This document shows, one piece after another, positions 48,667 through 57,903 of a DNA stretch of 64,000 nt (position 1 is its first letter; each line of letters opens with the position of its first letter). This stretch comes from an archaeon (GTDB lineage Archaea > Nanobdellota > Nanobdellia > Woesearchaeales > UBA9642). The stretch is taken from assembly GCA_043806035.1 (NCBI GenBank), contig JAZDHK010000023.1:1-64000 (forward strand), given 5' to 3'. A program made the translations under genes and the position numbers. Below the pieces are notes generated by a model. That model had not been told where the DNA came from and made no database searches. It saw nothing but the letters and a program-made list of their open reading frames with translations.

Positions 48667-49017
48667 ATGGACCCAATAGCACGTTTTGAACTGGGCATAC
48701 GGCATGTCGCTAGACGATATGCCAACCGAGAAGGATATGGCAATCAGCGCAAAGGACCCAATATTGATATTGGTGAAAAAACTATCCTGCAGGAAATCTA
48801 TGACCTTCCTCGTTCACACTCCAGCTTCCTCCTTCCCATCTACATCGACAGAGCTGCCAAGACGATAACGCTTCCCGGCCCTCTCGACAATACTGGAAAA
48901 CGGGGCAAGCCTCGCGTCTATAAGAACCCCGAAGCGGCAGTGAGAGTATATGAGTGGCTCTGGCTCGAGACGCACAGGCACTGTGCGCTTGAGGAATTAT
49001 CCCTTCTCCCTCAGTAG
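48667..49017 (+). CDS. Hypothetical protein inserted between amrS and amrB
   Basis: ATG with a TTTATAAA TATA upstream. No motif recognised. Confidence 0.55.
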   Translation: MDPIARFELGIRHVARRYANREGYGNQRKGPNIDIGEKTILQEIYDLPRSHSSFLLPIYIDRAAKTITLPGPLDNTGKRGKPRVYKNPEAAVRVYEWLWLETHRHCALEELSLLPQ

Positions 49018-49058
49018 AAACGGAAACACATAAGTACTTGCTCATCTCAAGACAATGC

Positions 49059-49802
49059 ATGGGCGTGCGCAAGCCTGCAGTCGCTGGCACCTTCTATCCT
49101 GGCAGTGAAGAGCTTCTGCGCAGCATGATACATGAGTTTATGCAGGCCTGCAAGAAAATGAAATTCTCGCCAAAAGCGCTCATTGTTCCACATGCGGGAT
49201 ATGTGTATTCTGGAATAGTGGCAGCGGCAGGCTATCACCTCCTCCAGGGAAAAACCTACGAACGAGTCATCCTGCTCGGTCCCAGCCACCGACTCCCTTT
49301 CTACGGAGCAGCATTCGACAGCAGCCAAAGTTGGGAGACCCCTCTCGGCAACGTCCCCGTCAGCAACTTTTACGCGGAACACATCAAGATCCTTCCCCAG
49401 GCGCATGTGAAAGAGCACAGCATCGAGGTACAGCTGCCCTTCCTCCAGTACGTGCTCAAAGACTTCAGCATAGCTCCCATCGCCATGGGCAGCTCAGCAC
49501 CGATACAGGACGACTTGCAGAATGCACTCTCCGACAAGACCTTGTTCGTCGTGAGTTCAGACCTGAGCCATTACCATGACTATGACACGGCAAAAAGCAT
49601 GGATGGGCAGACCATAGACAAAATACGCAAGCTCACCTGTGTGAATTACGAAGAGGCATGCGGCGCGGATGGCATCAACGCACTCATAGCCCTCGCTAAA
49701 AAAAACAAGTGGACTCCTGCACTGGTCGAGTACAAGAACTCAGGAGACACTGCAGGAGACAAGAAACAGGTGGTGGGCTATGCCTGCATCGCATTCTCGT
49801 GA
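49059..49802 (+). CDS. amrB: AmmeMemoRadiSam system protein B (MEMO1 family)
   Basis: AVAGTFYP, PHAGYVYSG, GPSH, EHSIEVQLPFL, SSDLSH, VVGY. Confidence 0.94.
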   Translation: MGVRKPAVAGTFYPGSEELLRSMIHEFMQACKKMKFSPKALIVPHAGYVYSGIVAAAGYHLLQGKTYERVILLGPSHRLPFYGAAFDSSQSWETPLGNVPVSNFYAEHIKILPQAHVKEHSIEVQLPFLQYVLKDFSIAPIAMGSSAPIQDDLQNALSDKTLFVVSSDLSHYHDYDTAKSMDGQTIDKIRKLTCVNYEEACGADGINALIALAKKNKWTPALVEYKNSGDTAGDKKQVVGYACIAFS

Positions 49803-50337
49803 ACACCAGAAAAGCATGCTTGACCTTGCACGAAGAGCAATCATGGCCTATCCGAATAATGAACAGTTGAGGCTGCTCTATCAGGAACGGCACGATTTCG
49901 GCAGAGGTGGCGTGTTCGTGAGTGTCTACGTCGACAACGACTTGCGCGGATGCATCGGCAATCTCGAGCCTCTATCGTTGCAGGAAGGCATCATAGAAAA
50001 CGCTATTCACGCAGCATACCACGACACAAGATTTTCACCCATAACAAAAAAAGAATTGCCCAGCATGAATGTGCACATCAATCTGCTCACCGAGCCAAAA
50101 CCATACGCGTACAAGACGACGAAAGAGCTCCTGGAACGGATCAAGGGGGAAGGCGTCATCATCGAACGTAGAGGCAGGCGAGCGACCTTCCTGCCGAGTG
50201 TCTGGGAACAACTCCCTCTTTCTGAAGAATTCTTGAGTCATTTGTGCATGAAAGCAGGGCTGCCTGCACAGGATTGGAAGGAAAAAGGGTTGAGCGTCAT
50301 GCTCTACCAGAGCGAGGAGTTCAGCGAACGTCCTTGA
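49780..50337 (+). CDS. amrA: AmmeMemoRadiSam system protein A (AMMECR1 family)
   Basis: GVFVS, LRGCIG, DTRF, ATFLPSV, LCMKAG. Confidence 0.93.
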   Translation: MPASHSREHQKSMLDLARRAIMAYPNNEQLRLLYQERHDFGRGGVFVSVYVDNDLRGCIGNLEPLSLQEGIIENAIHAAYHDTRFSPITKKELPSMNVHINLLTEPKPYAYKTTKELLERIKGEGVIIERRGRRATFLPSVWEQLPLSEEFLSHLCMKAGLPAQDWKEKGLSVMLYQSEEFSERP

Positions 50338-50989
50338 CTATTCGTTCCAACAAAGTTCGTCCTTGCTCGCCTAAGGGAATTTTCACTCGTCGCTCGTCAT
50401 AGGGCACTTCTTGCTCTGTGAAAGGAAAGGTGAGCGGAATCTTCCATCGCTGCTGGTATTTCTTGTTCACATGCATGCCTATCTGGAATGCCAGAAGATC
50501 TGCATAGTTGATGAGGGGAATGCTCTTGTCCCCGCCCGCATGCAGTTCGATGTTCTGCAGAGGAATCTTGAAGTTCAGGGCGTGCAAGTATTCTTTGATG
50601 AGCTGCTTGCTCACATATTCCTTGAGATAGAACATGTCGATGAACAGCACGGTCTTTTGTGAGTCATAGCCATTGACGGTGACGAGATGTGCTATCGCTG
50701 CATGCTCGATGAGCTGTCTGCTGAACCTTCCTTCATTGGCACGCATCCAATGATACGTTTGCAATCCTTTCATCTCATCGGGCCGAGGGAGCCGCGGAGC
50801 AGTCTCCAAAGAGCTGCCTGCACTCATGTGTGCATAAAATTCGGTAAGATGATCCCGCGCTTTTGGCAAGGCAGCATATCCCTTGCTTTTTGTCAGTGTC
50901 TTGTCTTCAGTCACTGCAGCGACGACAGTGAGACTGTTCGTTCCGCTTCTGAGCGTGCTCTCATCTATGCCGATGTACGTAAACGTCAT
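50321..50989 (-). CDS. RNase H-fold protein (DUF3800/RNase HII-like)
   Basis: IGIDES, LFID, GDKSIPLINYADLLA. Confidence 0.65.
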   Translation of the reverse strand: MTFTYIGIDESTLRSGTNSLTVVAAVTEDKTLTKSKGYAALPKARDHLTEFYAHMSAGSSLETAPRLPRPDEMKGLQTYHWMRANEGRFSRQLIEHAAIAHLVTVNGYDSQKTVLFIDMFYLKEYVSKQLIKEYLHALNFKIPLQNIELHAGGDKSIPLINYADLLAFQIGMHVNKKYQQRWKIPLTFPFTEQEVPYDERRVKIPLGEQGRTLLERIVKDVR

Positions 50990-51345
50990 GATTTCACGAG
51001 CTGGCTGAGGCAATACTGTCCGTACTGTTCTGTTCCCGGTGTGGACTTGTAATGCACGATCTTGAGACTGTCTGGCGTGCCGGTAACGTAGAATGCATGC
51101 ACTTCATCATACGTATTGTGCAAGTATTTGATTGCTTTGTTGAGCTGCTCTTTTGCCTTCCATCGTTTATGATTGCTGCATTTCACTTCAAATACTAACG
51201 CTTTCCGTTCTGTGGTGCCGAGAAGGTCCATCTCTCCAGAAAGAGATGTCGTATTCGGAGGGTAGTTGAGCTTGTTGAGGATGCTTGTGCACAATCCCGA
51301 TTGCTCAAGCAGCTGCTCGAGGCTGCTGACGAGGAGATCGTGCAT
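50986..51345 (-). CDS. Small PD-(D/E)XK nuclease-fold protein
   Basis: GEMDLLG...VFEVK...KAKEQL. Stop overlaps the next start as ATGA. Confidence 0.7.
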   Translation of the reverse strand: MHDLLVSSLEQLLEQSGLCTSILNKLNYPPNTTSLSGEMDLLGTTERKALVFEVKCSNHKRWKAKEQLNKAIKYLHNTYDEVHAFYVTGTPDSLKIVHYKSTPGTEQYGQYCLSQLVKS

Positions 51346-51391
51346 GAACGTGTACAATGTGCTTTCTCTTTATAATTGTTGCGCTGCGTTG

Positions 51392-51514
51392 GGCCTTGTT
51401 GAACGTCTTCAGTCCACGCTCCGTACCGCAAGGAAAACAGCTGCGCGCCTCGAGGGCAATCGCAATAGCCGTCTGCTCGAATGACTGCGCTAGGTGGACT
51501 TTTTCAACAAGGCC
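51392..51514 (-). mobile_element. 123-bp MITE, copy 2 (inverted relative to copy 1)
   Basis: Same 12-bp TIR. 9-bp TSD GCTGCGTTG at 51383-51391 and 51515-51523. Confidence 0.9.
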
Positions 51515-51567
51515 GCTGCGTTGTGAATCCGCAAGCTTTTTAAACAAATCGTCAGTTCTTTCGCTTC

Positions 51568-51738
51568 ATGGTAACCATAAAATGCAGCTCAAGCCACGTC
51601 CCTATAACAAATGATTCAGGCAGTGCACGATTCCCCTGCCCCAACTGCGGAAAAACAGAGATCATACGCAGCCGAAGAGCGCGGGAAGTGGTCATGAAGT
51701 ACACCTGTCCTGAGTGCGGCTTCGAAGGACCAAACTAG
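51568..51738 (+). CDS. Zn-ribbon protein, DUF1610/HVO_2753 family (absent from the ORF track)
   Basis: MVTIKCSSSHVPITNDSGSARFPCPNCGKTEIIRSRRAREVVMKYTCPECGFEGPN. Conserved position before ef1B. Confidence 0.9.
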   Translation: MVTIKCSSSHVPITNDSGSARFPCPNCGKTEIIRSRRAREVVMKYTCPECGFEGPN

Positions 51739-51753
51739 AATCTCGGTGAATGT

Positions 51754-52032
51754 ATGGCAAAGGTTATTATCACACTCAAAATCATGCCAGCAAGTCCAGA
51801 CACTGATCTGGACAAGCTCGAGCATGAAGTGAAAAAGCACATCGAGCACTTTGCCGGTGAAGGTGATATGAAAGTTGAGATCAATCCCATCGCCTTCGGC
51901 TTGAAAGAGCTCAGGATACTCTTCGTCGCTGACGAATCCAAAGGCGGCACGGACTCCTTGGAAGAGGAAATCGGCAAATTAGAAGATGTCAATTCTGTCG
52001 AAGTCGTCGATGTCAGACGGGCAATAGGCTAA
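51754..52032 (+). CDS. ef1B: Elongation factor 1-beta
   Basis: KIMPASPDTDL, PIAFGLK, V.SVEV. Confidence 0.95.
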   Translation: MAKVIITLKIMPASPDTDLDKLEHEVKKHIEHFAGEGDMKVEINPIAFGLKELRILFVADESKGGTDSLEEEIGKLEDVNSVEVVDVRRAIG

Positions 52033-52042
52033 TGCGTTGGGA

Positions 52043-52417
52043 TTATTCTGCGTCTGTATCAACACCGTCACGGCCAACGATAACTTCAAACTTTGAAGAA
52101 GGTGGACGGGCTGCACTTTCAGTAAGTAGGCTGAGTTCTTTGTGTCCTTGCGGGTCGTTCTCGGCAAGCACGTGTTCTATTCCTTGTCGTAGCTTTCCAT
52201 AAAATTCGTGAACGGTCAATTTGTCCGTGTCGGTAATCTTGAATGAGCCCAAGTTCATAACATGTTCGACAGGGAAGCTGTGTCCGTGATCGAGACTTTT
52301 GTACACGGTAATCCAATTCTCGTTATGATGGTGTGGTCTATAATGATTAGACGCGCCAAAGCAAGATATCTGAATATAGTATCCGCTGGGAATTCGAATG
52401 TCTTCTATGGCCACCAT
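52043..52417 (-). CDS. Hypothetical protein
   Basis: ORF downstream of pyrF. No motif recognised. Confidence 0.55.
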   Translation of the reverse strand: MVAIEDIRIPSGYYIQISCFGASNHYRPHHHNENWITVYKSLDHGHSFPVEHVMNLGSFKITDTDKLTVHEFYGKLRQGIEHVLAENDPQGHKELSLLTESAARPPSSKFEVIVGRDGVDTDAE

Positions 52418-52491
52418 TGATGAGGAGAAACACTCTACCTATTTATGTGTTGTGGTGTACGAAAATGCAGTGCGGCATTTCTGCTGTTTAG

Positions 52492-53184
52492 CTATCGACG
52501 GAGCATGCTAATAAGCTCTTTTGCTTTTTCTCTCGGGTTTTCTGCTTGCGTAATCGTCCTCCCCACGAACGCATGCCAGTGAGGAAATGCCTGTGCGTAG
52601 GCATGGATTTCTCCGCCCTGCACGCCCAGGCCTGGACTGTACAAGACAGGAGAGTACTCAGTCAGGAGTTCAGCATATGCAACTGCCCGCACCAGTTTCG
52701 TTCCAGGAATGACAAAATCCCGAACACCAAGTTTTGCCGCAAGAGAGAATATCTCTTCAGGTGCGGAATCCTTGATGTAGCCACCCTGGCTGATAAAATA
52801 TTTCTGTGCAGTCATGTCCCCACCGACTAAGAGGTGGATGTGTCGTTCCTGAGCTGCCTTCACCCATGCCTCAAGTGTCACCGGTCCGGACAGAGGGAAA
52901 AGAATGACGGCATCGACGCCAAGGATGGAATCCATGAACGGCTCCGCCTGGAACGGTGTGTCCGTCCCTCCTTTTTGGTGATCGTAGATGATGGGCAGTG
53001 CTGTTCTTTCACGAATTTTTGGCAAGAGGCGTTCCATGCCATACCTATTGTTCAGTACAGCACCTACCTTGTAACCGCCTATGCCGTGCAGATCGGTTGT
53101 TTGCTCGATGCAGCGCAGTGCTTCCTCTTCTGTTCGCTGGTCGAGCGCGGGAATGATGCTTTGCCTATAGTGTATGAGTGTCAT
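52492..53184 (-). CDS. pyrF: Orotidine 5'-phosphate decarboxylase (divergent)
   Basis: IPALD, GYKVG, YDHQKGGTDTP, PGT, SPGLGVQGG, VGRTI. Confidence 0.85.
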   Translation of the reverse strand: MTLIHYRQSIIPALDQRTEEEALRCIEQTTDLHGIGGYKVGAVLNNRYGMERLLPKIRERTALPIIYDHQKGGTDTPFQAEPFMDSILGVDAVILFPLSGPVTLEAWVKAAQERHIHLLVGGDMTAQKYFISQGGYIKDSAPEEIFSLAAKLGVRDFVIPGTKLVRAVAYAELLTEYSPVLYSPGLGVQGGEIHAYAQAFPHWHAFVGRTITQAENPREKAKELISMLRR

Positions 53185-54280
53185 GGATATGCCTCACGAA
53201 TTCTGCAGGGCTCTTTTTTGTCTTAACTGCACTGTTCGAGAAGTGCGTCCGCAAAATGTCGGAATTGAAGAGCACGTCCATCCTTGGCAGTTTCGGGATG
53301 AGCTTTTTTTCTGCAAGAACGTGCGTCTCGTAGAATCCGACGATATCTGTACAGTCTCCCTCCATGCTGGCCAAGAATTTCTTGAGCGCAGCATACTCAG
53401 TATTCGCCAGCATGTTCTTCACAAGGTTCTCATTGGAAAGAAAACCAGTCCACAATGGTCCAGCAATGATGTATGCTTTGCCGCAGCGGCAGGTTTCGTT
53501 GTTGCTCTTGCTCGTCTTCATGCTGAGACAGGAACTACAATAGAGGAAATGCTGGTGTTGTTTCAGAACCGTATCCACTTTCGTGTTGCCTTTCTCGCAC
53601 TGGAGGAAGACGCGAAAATAATGGTCGGAAAAATAGCTGAAGACAGGTGTTAAGGCTTTCTCGTGATGCGCGCCCAGGAGTTGTATTTTCCTGATGAGCA
53701 TTCTCAAGCCGAGTTCATGCCGTAGTTCATTGTTGAGCGGCTCTGCCCAGTATTTCCTTCGTCCTGTGTTGAGCCGCGCTCCGCATAGTGCTGCCGTGTC
53801 CGTTGCCGTCACTGCCAGTATTCCTTTTCGTGCGAGCCTGACGATGGCATTGTCCAAGAACGGATTGGGGCTGCCGTACGGATCGATGTCAATGTAATCA
53901 AAGCCGTTGGATTCGAGCAGGGCGAGATTAGCGTCCCTTTCCTGGACGACGATTCTGTCATCATTTTCAAACCCGTTCTGGCGCAGCGTCTCTCGCATGC
54001 GTTCTGCAAAACCTGGAGAAAGATCATTCGCGACGATGCGCCTGATGATGCTGGGCGAGAGTTCTTTGAGAAAACGAACAGTTCTCACTCCGGACGCTGC
54101 CATGAGGTCCATCATCGACATGTTTTTCTTGCCGAGACTGTTGAGCAGCACGACAGAGAGATCCCTGTTCTTCTTCATGACGGGGTTGTAGAATGATATG
54201 TTTTTTGTTGGGATTGATTGCTGCACTATTTTTACTTGTGCCGTGTTCTCTTCGATGACATGCAGGTGTTCTTTTTTCAT
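53165..54280 (-). CDS. trm1: tRNA (guanine-26-N2)-dimethyltransferase
   Basis: FYNP.M..NRD, AASGVR, IDIDPYGSP, VTATD, HYFR, GPLW. Confidence 0.93.
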   Translation of the reverse strand: MKKEHLHVIEENTAQVKIVQQSIPTKNISFYNPVMKKNRDLSVVLLNSLGKKNMSMMDLMAASGVRTVRFLKELSPSIIRRIVANDLSPGFAERMRETLRQNGFENDDRIVVQERDANLALLESNGFDYIDIDPYGSPNPFLDNAIVRLARKGILAVTATDTAALCGARLNTGRRKYWAEPLNNELRHELGLRMLIRKIQLLGAHHEKALTPVFSYFSDHYFRVFLQCEKGNTKVDTVLKQHQHFLYCSSCLSMKTSKSNNETCRCGKAYIIAGPLWTGFLSNENLVKNMLANTEYAALKKFLASMEGDCTDIVGFYETHVLAEKKLIPKLPRMDVLFNSDILRTHFSNSAVKTKKSPAEFVRHIHDTHTL

Positions 54281-54384
54281 GGAGTGGAGTGTATGTGCTT
54301 GTTTTATATGCGTTGTGGGCACAGTCGAGAACGCACTTGTTTATTGATACTACTATTTAGTGGTTAAAATGGAAAGGTTTAAAT

Positions 54385-54403
54385 AGTAGTAAATCTTACT
54401 ACT
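54385..54403. promoter_or_regulatory. Palindromic operator between the TATA box and the RHH start
   Basis: AGTAGTAA-atc-TTACTACT, directly after TTTAAATA (54378-54385) and 7 nt before the ATG at 54411. Confidence 0.7.
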
Positions 54404-54410
54404 TCTTACG

Positions 54411-54575
54411 ATGAAGATAAAAATGTCCATTTCAGTCGAGGAAAGCACGCTTGAGCAAGTAGAGCACATCGTGCAGAACAATCGATTCAGGAATAAGAGC
54501 CATTTCATCGAAATGGCAATCCAAACATATCTTAAGAAAGGGGGTGATGAACGTGTTCCGGAAAAAACAGACTGA
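54411..54575 (+). CDS. Ribbon-helix-helix (CopG-like) regulator, 54 aa (absent from the ORF track)
   Basis: MKIKMSISVEESTLEQVEHIVQNNRFRNKSHFIEMAIQTYLKK...: alternating beta-strand, helix, N-K-S turn, helix. Confidence 0.85.
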   Translation: MKIKMSISVEESTLEQVEHIVQNNRFRNKSHFIEMAIQTYLKKGGDERVPEKTD

Positions 54576-56121
54576 CTCGAAAAGACATGTTGAAACATCC
54601 CTGACCTTAGATTATCGATCGGCTGTGTGGGGTATTGAACGTATCGTCCTCGACACCATTGCAAATCATCTTCCTGCTGACAGCAAAGGCACAAAAGCCG
54701 CGGTGAAGATAAAACAGCAAGGAACCTATAGAGATATTTCTCAGTCAGATTTTTCTCAGCCAGCCGAGGAAGTCGTCTTTGAGGATGACGGCCAAGGCTA
54801 TGACTCTGGTTTATTGACTGTGCTGCAGTCAACGAAAATGAATGAACTGTGTAGCGTTGGCCAGTTTGGAGAGGGACTGAAAATGGTGGCAGCAGCTGCG
54901 CTCCGTAACAATCTCGACTTAGAATACCGTTCAAGAGATTGGTCTGCACGACCATTCATTAAAGAAGAAACTATCGCGGGAACAAGGGTCAAGCGGCTCT
55001 GTTTCTCTATTGATAAACGACCCGCCATGCAAGGATCACAGACCATCATACGCAAACCTTCCCCTGAATTGATGACTGAACTCTCAGTGCTAGAAAGGAA
55101 GGCACTGCCTTTTGCAGAATATAAAACACTCTACACAGAGCCAAAAGGAGGAAAAACCTACCCTGCTCGCATTCTTGAGCTGGCAAAACCTGCTCTTTTC
55201 GTGAAAGGAATCCGCATACAAGATAGGCACAGTATTTTCAGTTATGATCTTGGCATCGAAGACATCACTCCAGATAGATATTTCACTAAAATGGATACCT
55301 TGCTTGATGAGATACAGCGTCTTCTGAACGCAACTGACAATCCTGAAGTGATAGAGCGTGTCTTGGCGAAAGCGGAAGATGAGCCATATGGGGGGTATGA
55401 TGAATTCCGTGCATTTGAGAGTAGAGAACAAGAAAGGTCAGGTTATTTTTGTGGAATGTTTCTTGATACTATTGACCCCATTGTGTTACTTAAATCAGTC
55501 GGGATGAAAAAAACGTTGTTCAATGCATTGAGTGCATACATCAAAGAACCAATACAGACTGAGTCTGTATGGAAGAGGTCATTCACTAAACTGTTCGGCG
55601 ATAACGCAATCCTGGCATCTGATTGTGATGTGACCAACAAGGATGCTGTCGCATTAGGATATATTCCTGTCAAGTTGCACAGAGGCATTGCGCACAAGCT
55701 TATCAAAGAAGATGTCCAGAGCGCTGACCAGCTTGAGATCACGAAAGACTATAAGTGGATAAGCAAGGATGATCTGACTCCTGAAGAGCGAACAATCTAT
55801 GATTGTGCAAATGAAATTCAACAAGTTGTGCTTGAGCAACCGGTTCCTGTCGATCTTCGCGTGTATTCAGGCGTTTACGCCAACACTGGCAGAGAACTCG
55901 AATCCAACACGGGCATCTATATGCCTGCAAAACCACGGGACATCATAGGCATTAAGCGCTCCCAGCTTACCGATCTCGTGAGTTTTGCAGATACGTATCT
56001 TCACGAACTCGGACACAAAGTGACTGGCGAGGGAGACTACAGTAGAAGACACACTGCTTTCTTCACCCGCGCTCTTGCAAAACTCGTTTCTGCTCAACTG
56101 GGCAAGCATGCCAATCTTTAA
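54547..56121 (+). CDS. GHKL-type ATPase fused to a C-terminal HExxH zincin metallopeptidase-like domain
   Basis: LDTIANH, FEDDGQG, GQFGEGLK, QGS (Bergerat boxes). YLHELGH...DYSRRH near the C-terminus. Confidence 0.75.
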   Translation: MNVFRKKQTDSKRHVETSLTLDYRSAVWGIERIVLDTIANHLPADSKGTKAAVKIKQQGTYRDISQSDFSQPAEEVVFEDDGQGYDSGLLTVLQSTKMNELCSVGQFGEGLKMVAAAALRNNLDLEYRSRDWSARPFIKEETIAGTRVKRLCFSIDKRPAMQGSQTIIRKPSPELMTELSVLERKALPFAEYKTLYTEPKGGKTYPARILELAKPALFVKGIRIQDRHSIFSYDLGIEDITPDRYFTKMDTLLDEIQRLLNATDNPEVIERVLAKAEDEPYGGYDEFRAFESREQERSGYFCGMFLDTIDPIVLLKSVGMKKTLFNALSAYIKEPIQTESVWKRSFTKLFGDNAILASDCDVTNKDAVALGYIPVKLHRGIAHKLIKEDVQSADQLEITKDYKWISKDDLTPEERTIYDCANEIQQVVLEQPVPVDLRVYSGVYANTGRELESNTGIYMPAKPRDIIGIKRSQLTDLVSFADTYLHELGHKVTGEGDYSRRHTAFFTRALAKLVSAQLGKHANL

Positions 56122-56145
56122 AAACTAGCAGATGTCTCTTCACAC

Positions 56146-57903
56146 ATGGTCGACGCAGCATGCTTTCGTAGCCCTATCGTCTCTGTGCTTGGTCATGTTG
56201 ATCATGGCAAGTCCAGTGTCCTTGATGCTATCCGCGGGACGAATATCGTCAAGACGGAAGCAGGACAAATCACGCAGGCGATAGGCGCAAGCATTATCCC
56301 GCTTGACGTCATCATGAAACGCTGCAGCAAGCTCCTCAAAGACAAGCCGTCCTTCTCCATTCCTGGATTGCTGTTCATCGACACGCCAGGCCACGCGGCA
56401 TTCATGGGCATGCGCAAGCGTGGAGGCAACCTTGCTGATATCGCCATTCTCATCGTCGACATCAATGAAGGGTTCAAGCCGCAGACGATTGAAAGCATAA
56501 AGATACTGCGTTCCCAGAAGACTCCCTTCGTCGTTGCCCTCAACAAGATGGACCTCATCGCCAATTATCGAAAGCAAGCAGACCTGCTCATGGATGATAT
56601 TCAGCAGCAGCGAGCGGACGTACAGCAAACGCTGGACAATAAGCTCTACACGATCGTGGGACAGTTCTATGAACAGTTCGAGCTGCAAGCAGAACGGTAT
56701 GATCGGTGTGATTTCACCAAACAAGTTGCCCTCGTCCCGTGCAGCGCAAAGCAGGACATAGGCATTGCAGAATTGCTCATGGTGCTTATAGGACTAACGC
56801 AGAAATACTTGCAAGAGTCTCTCGCCTTCTCCGCACAAGGCCCCGCCAAGGGCAGTGTCATGGAAGTCAAGGAATCCCCCGGATTGGGCACGTGCATGAA
56901 CGTCATACTTTACGATGGCAGCCTCGCCGTCAACGACACCATTGTCATAGGCGGGATAGACAAGCCGACCGTGACAAAAGTCAGGGCATTGTTCGAGCCC
57001 TACCCGCTGCACGAGATGCGGGACAAGAAGAGCAAGTACAAGTCCGTCGAGCATGTCTGTGCAGCTACGGGCGTGCGCATTGCCGCCGCCCAGGATGTCG
57101 ATGCCGTCATTGCGGGCATGCCCCTCATGAGCTGCGAAGACACGCCTGAAGCGATAGCTGAGGCAGAGCAGCAACTGCAAGAGACGTTCGAGGAACTGCC
57201 ATTGGAGAAAGAGGGCATCATCATCAAGGCGGACACGCTCGGCAGCCTCGAAGCGCTCGCTGTCCTCTTGAAAGAAAATGCCATTCCCGTACGGGCAGCA
57301 ACTATCGGTGCTGTTTCCAAAAAAGACATCGCTGACGCAGAATCAGAACAAGAACCAACGTTCAGGGTCATTCTCGGCTTCAATGTCAAGGACGAGTCAG
57401 GCCTGCAGAGCGTCAAGGTCATCACGAACGATGTCATCTACCGGCTTATCGATGATGTCGAGCAGTGGCAGCAGTCAGTCAAGGAGAAGGAAGAGGAACG
57501 TGCACTCGACTTGATGACCAGACCCTGCAAGCTGGAGGTGCTGCAGAACTGCATCTTCCGCCAGAGCAATCCTGCCGTCGTCGGTGTGGAGGTGCTCGTT
57601 GGCGTTCTGCAGAAAGGCATGCCACTTATGAAGAACGGCCAGCGTCTTTGCATCGTAAAGAGCATGCAGAAAGAAAAAGAGAATATAGACCGGGCGGAGA
57701 AGAAAGACCAAATTGCCATTTCTCTGCCGGACGTGGTGTGCGGCAGGCACCTCTTCGAAGGCGACGTTTTGTACAGTGACATTCCTGAAGAGCAATTCCG
57801 AGAACTCAAAAAATTCAAGAAACATCTAGCGAGAGATGAACTCGATCTTATGAAGGAGATTGCGGAATTTCATAGAAAAGACAATCCTGTCTGGGGGATA
57901 TGA
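56146..57903 (+). CDS. infB: Translation initiation factor aIF5B (IF-2)
   Basis: GHVDHGKS, ITQAIGA, DTPGH, NKMD, KADTLGSLEAL. Confidence 0.97.
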   Translation: MVDAACFRSPIVSVLGHVDHGKSSVLDAIRGTNIVKTEAGQITQAIGASIIPLDVIMKRCSKLLKDKPSFSIPGLLFIDTPGHAAFMGMRKRGGNLADIAILIVDINEGFKPQTIESIKILRSQKTPFVVALNKMDLIANYRKQADLLMDDIQQQRADVQQTLDNKLYTIVGQFYEQFELQAERYDRCDFTKQVALVPCSAKQDIGIAELLMVLIGLTQKYLQESLAFSAQGPAKGSVMEVKESPGLGTCMNVILYDGSLAVNDTIVIGGIDKPTVTKVRALFEPYPLHEMRDKKSKYKSVEHVCAATGVRIAAAQDVDAVIAGMPLMSCEDTPEAIAEAEQQLQETFEELPLEKEGIIIKADTLGSLEALAVLLKENAIPVRAATIGAVSKKDIADAESEQEPTFRVILGFNVKDESGLQSVKVITNDVIYRLIDDVEQWQQSVKEKEEERALDLMTRPCKLEVLQNCIFRQSNPAVVGVEVLVGVLQKGMPLMKNGQRLCIVKSMQKEKENIDRAEKKDQIAISLPDVVCGRHLFEGDVLYSDIPEEQFRELKKFKKHLARDELDLMKEIAEFHRKDNPVWGI

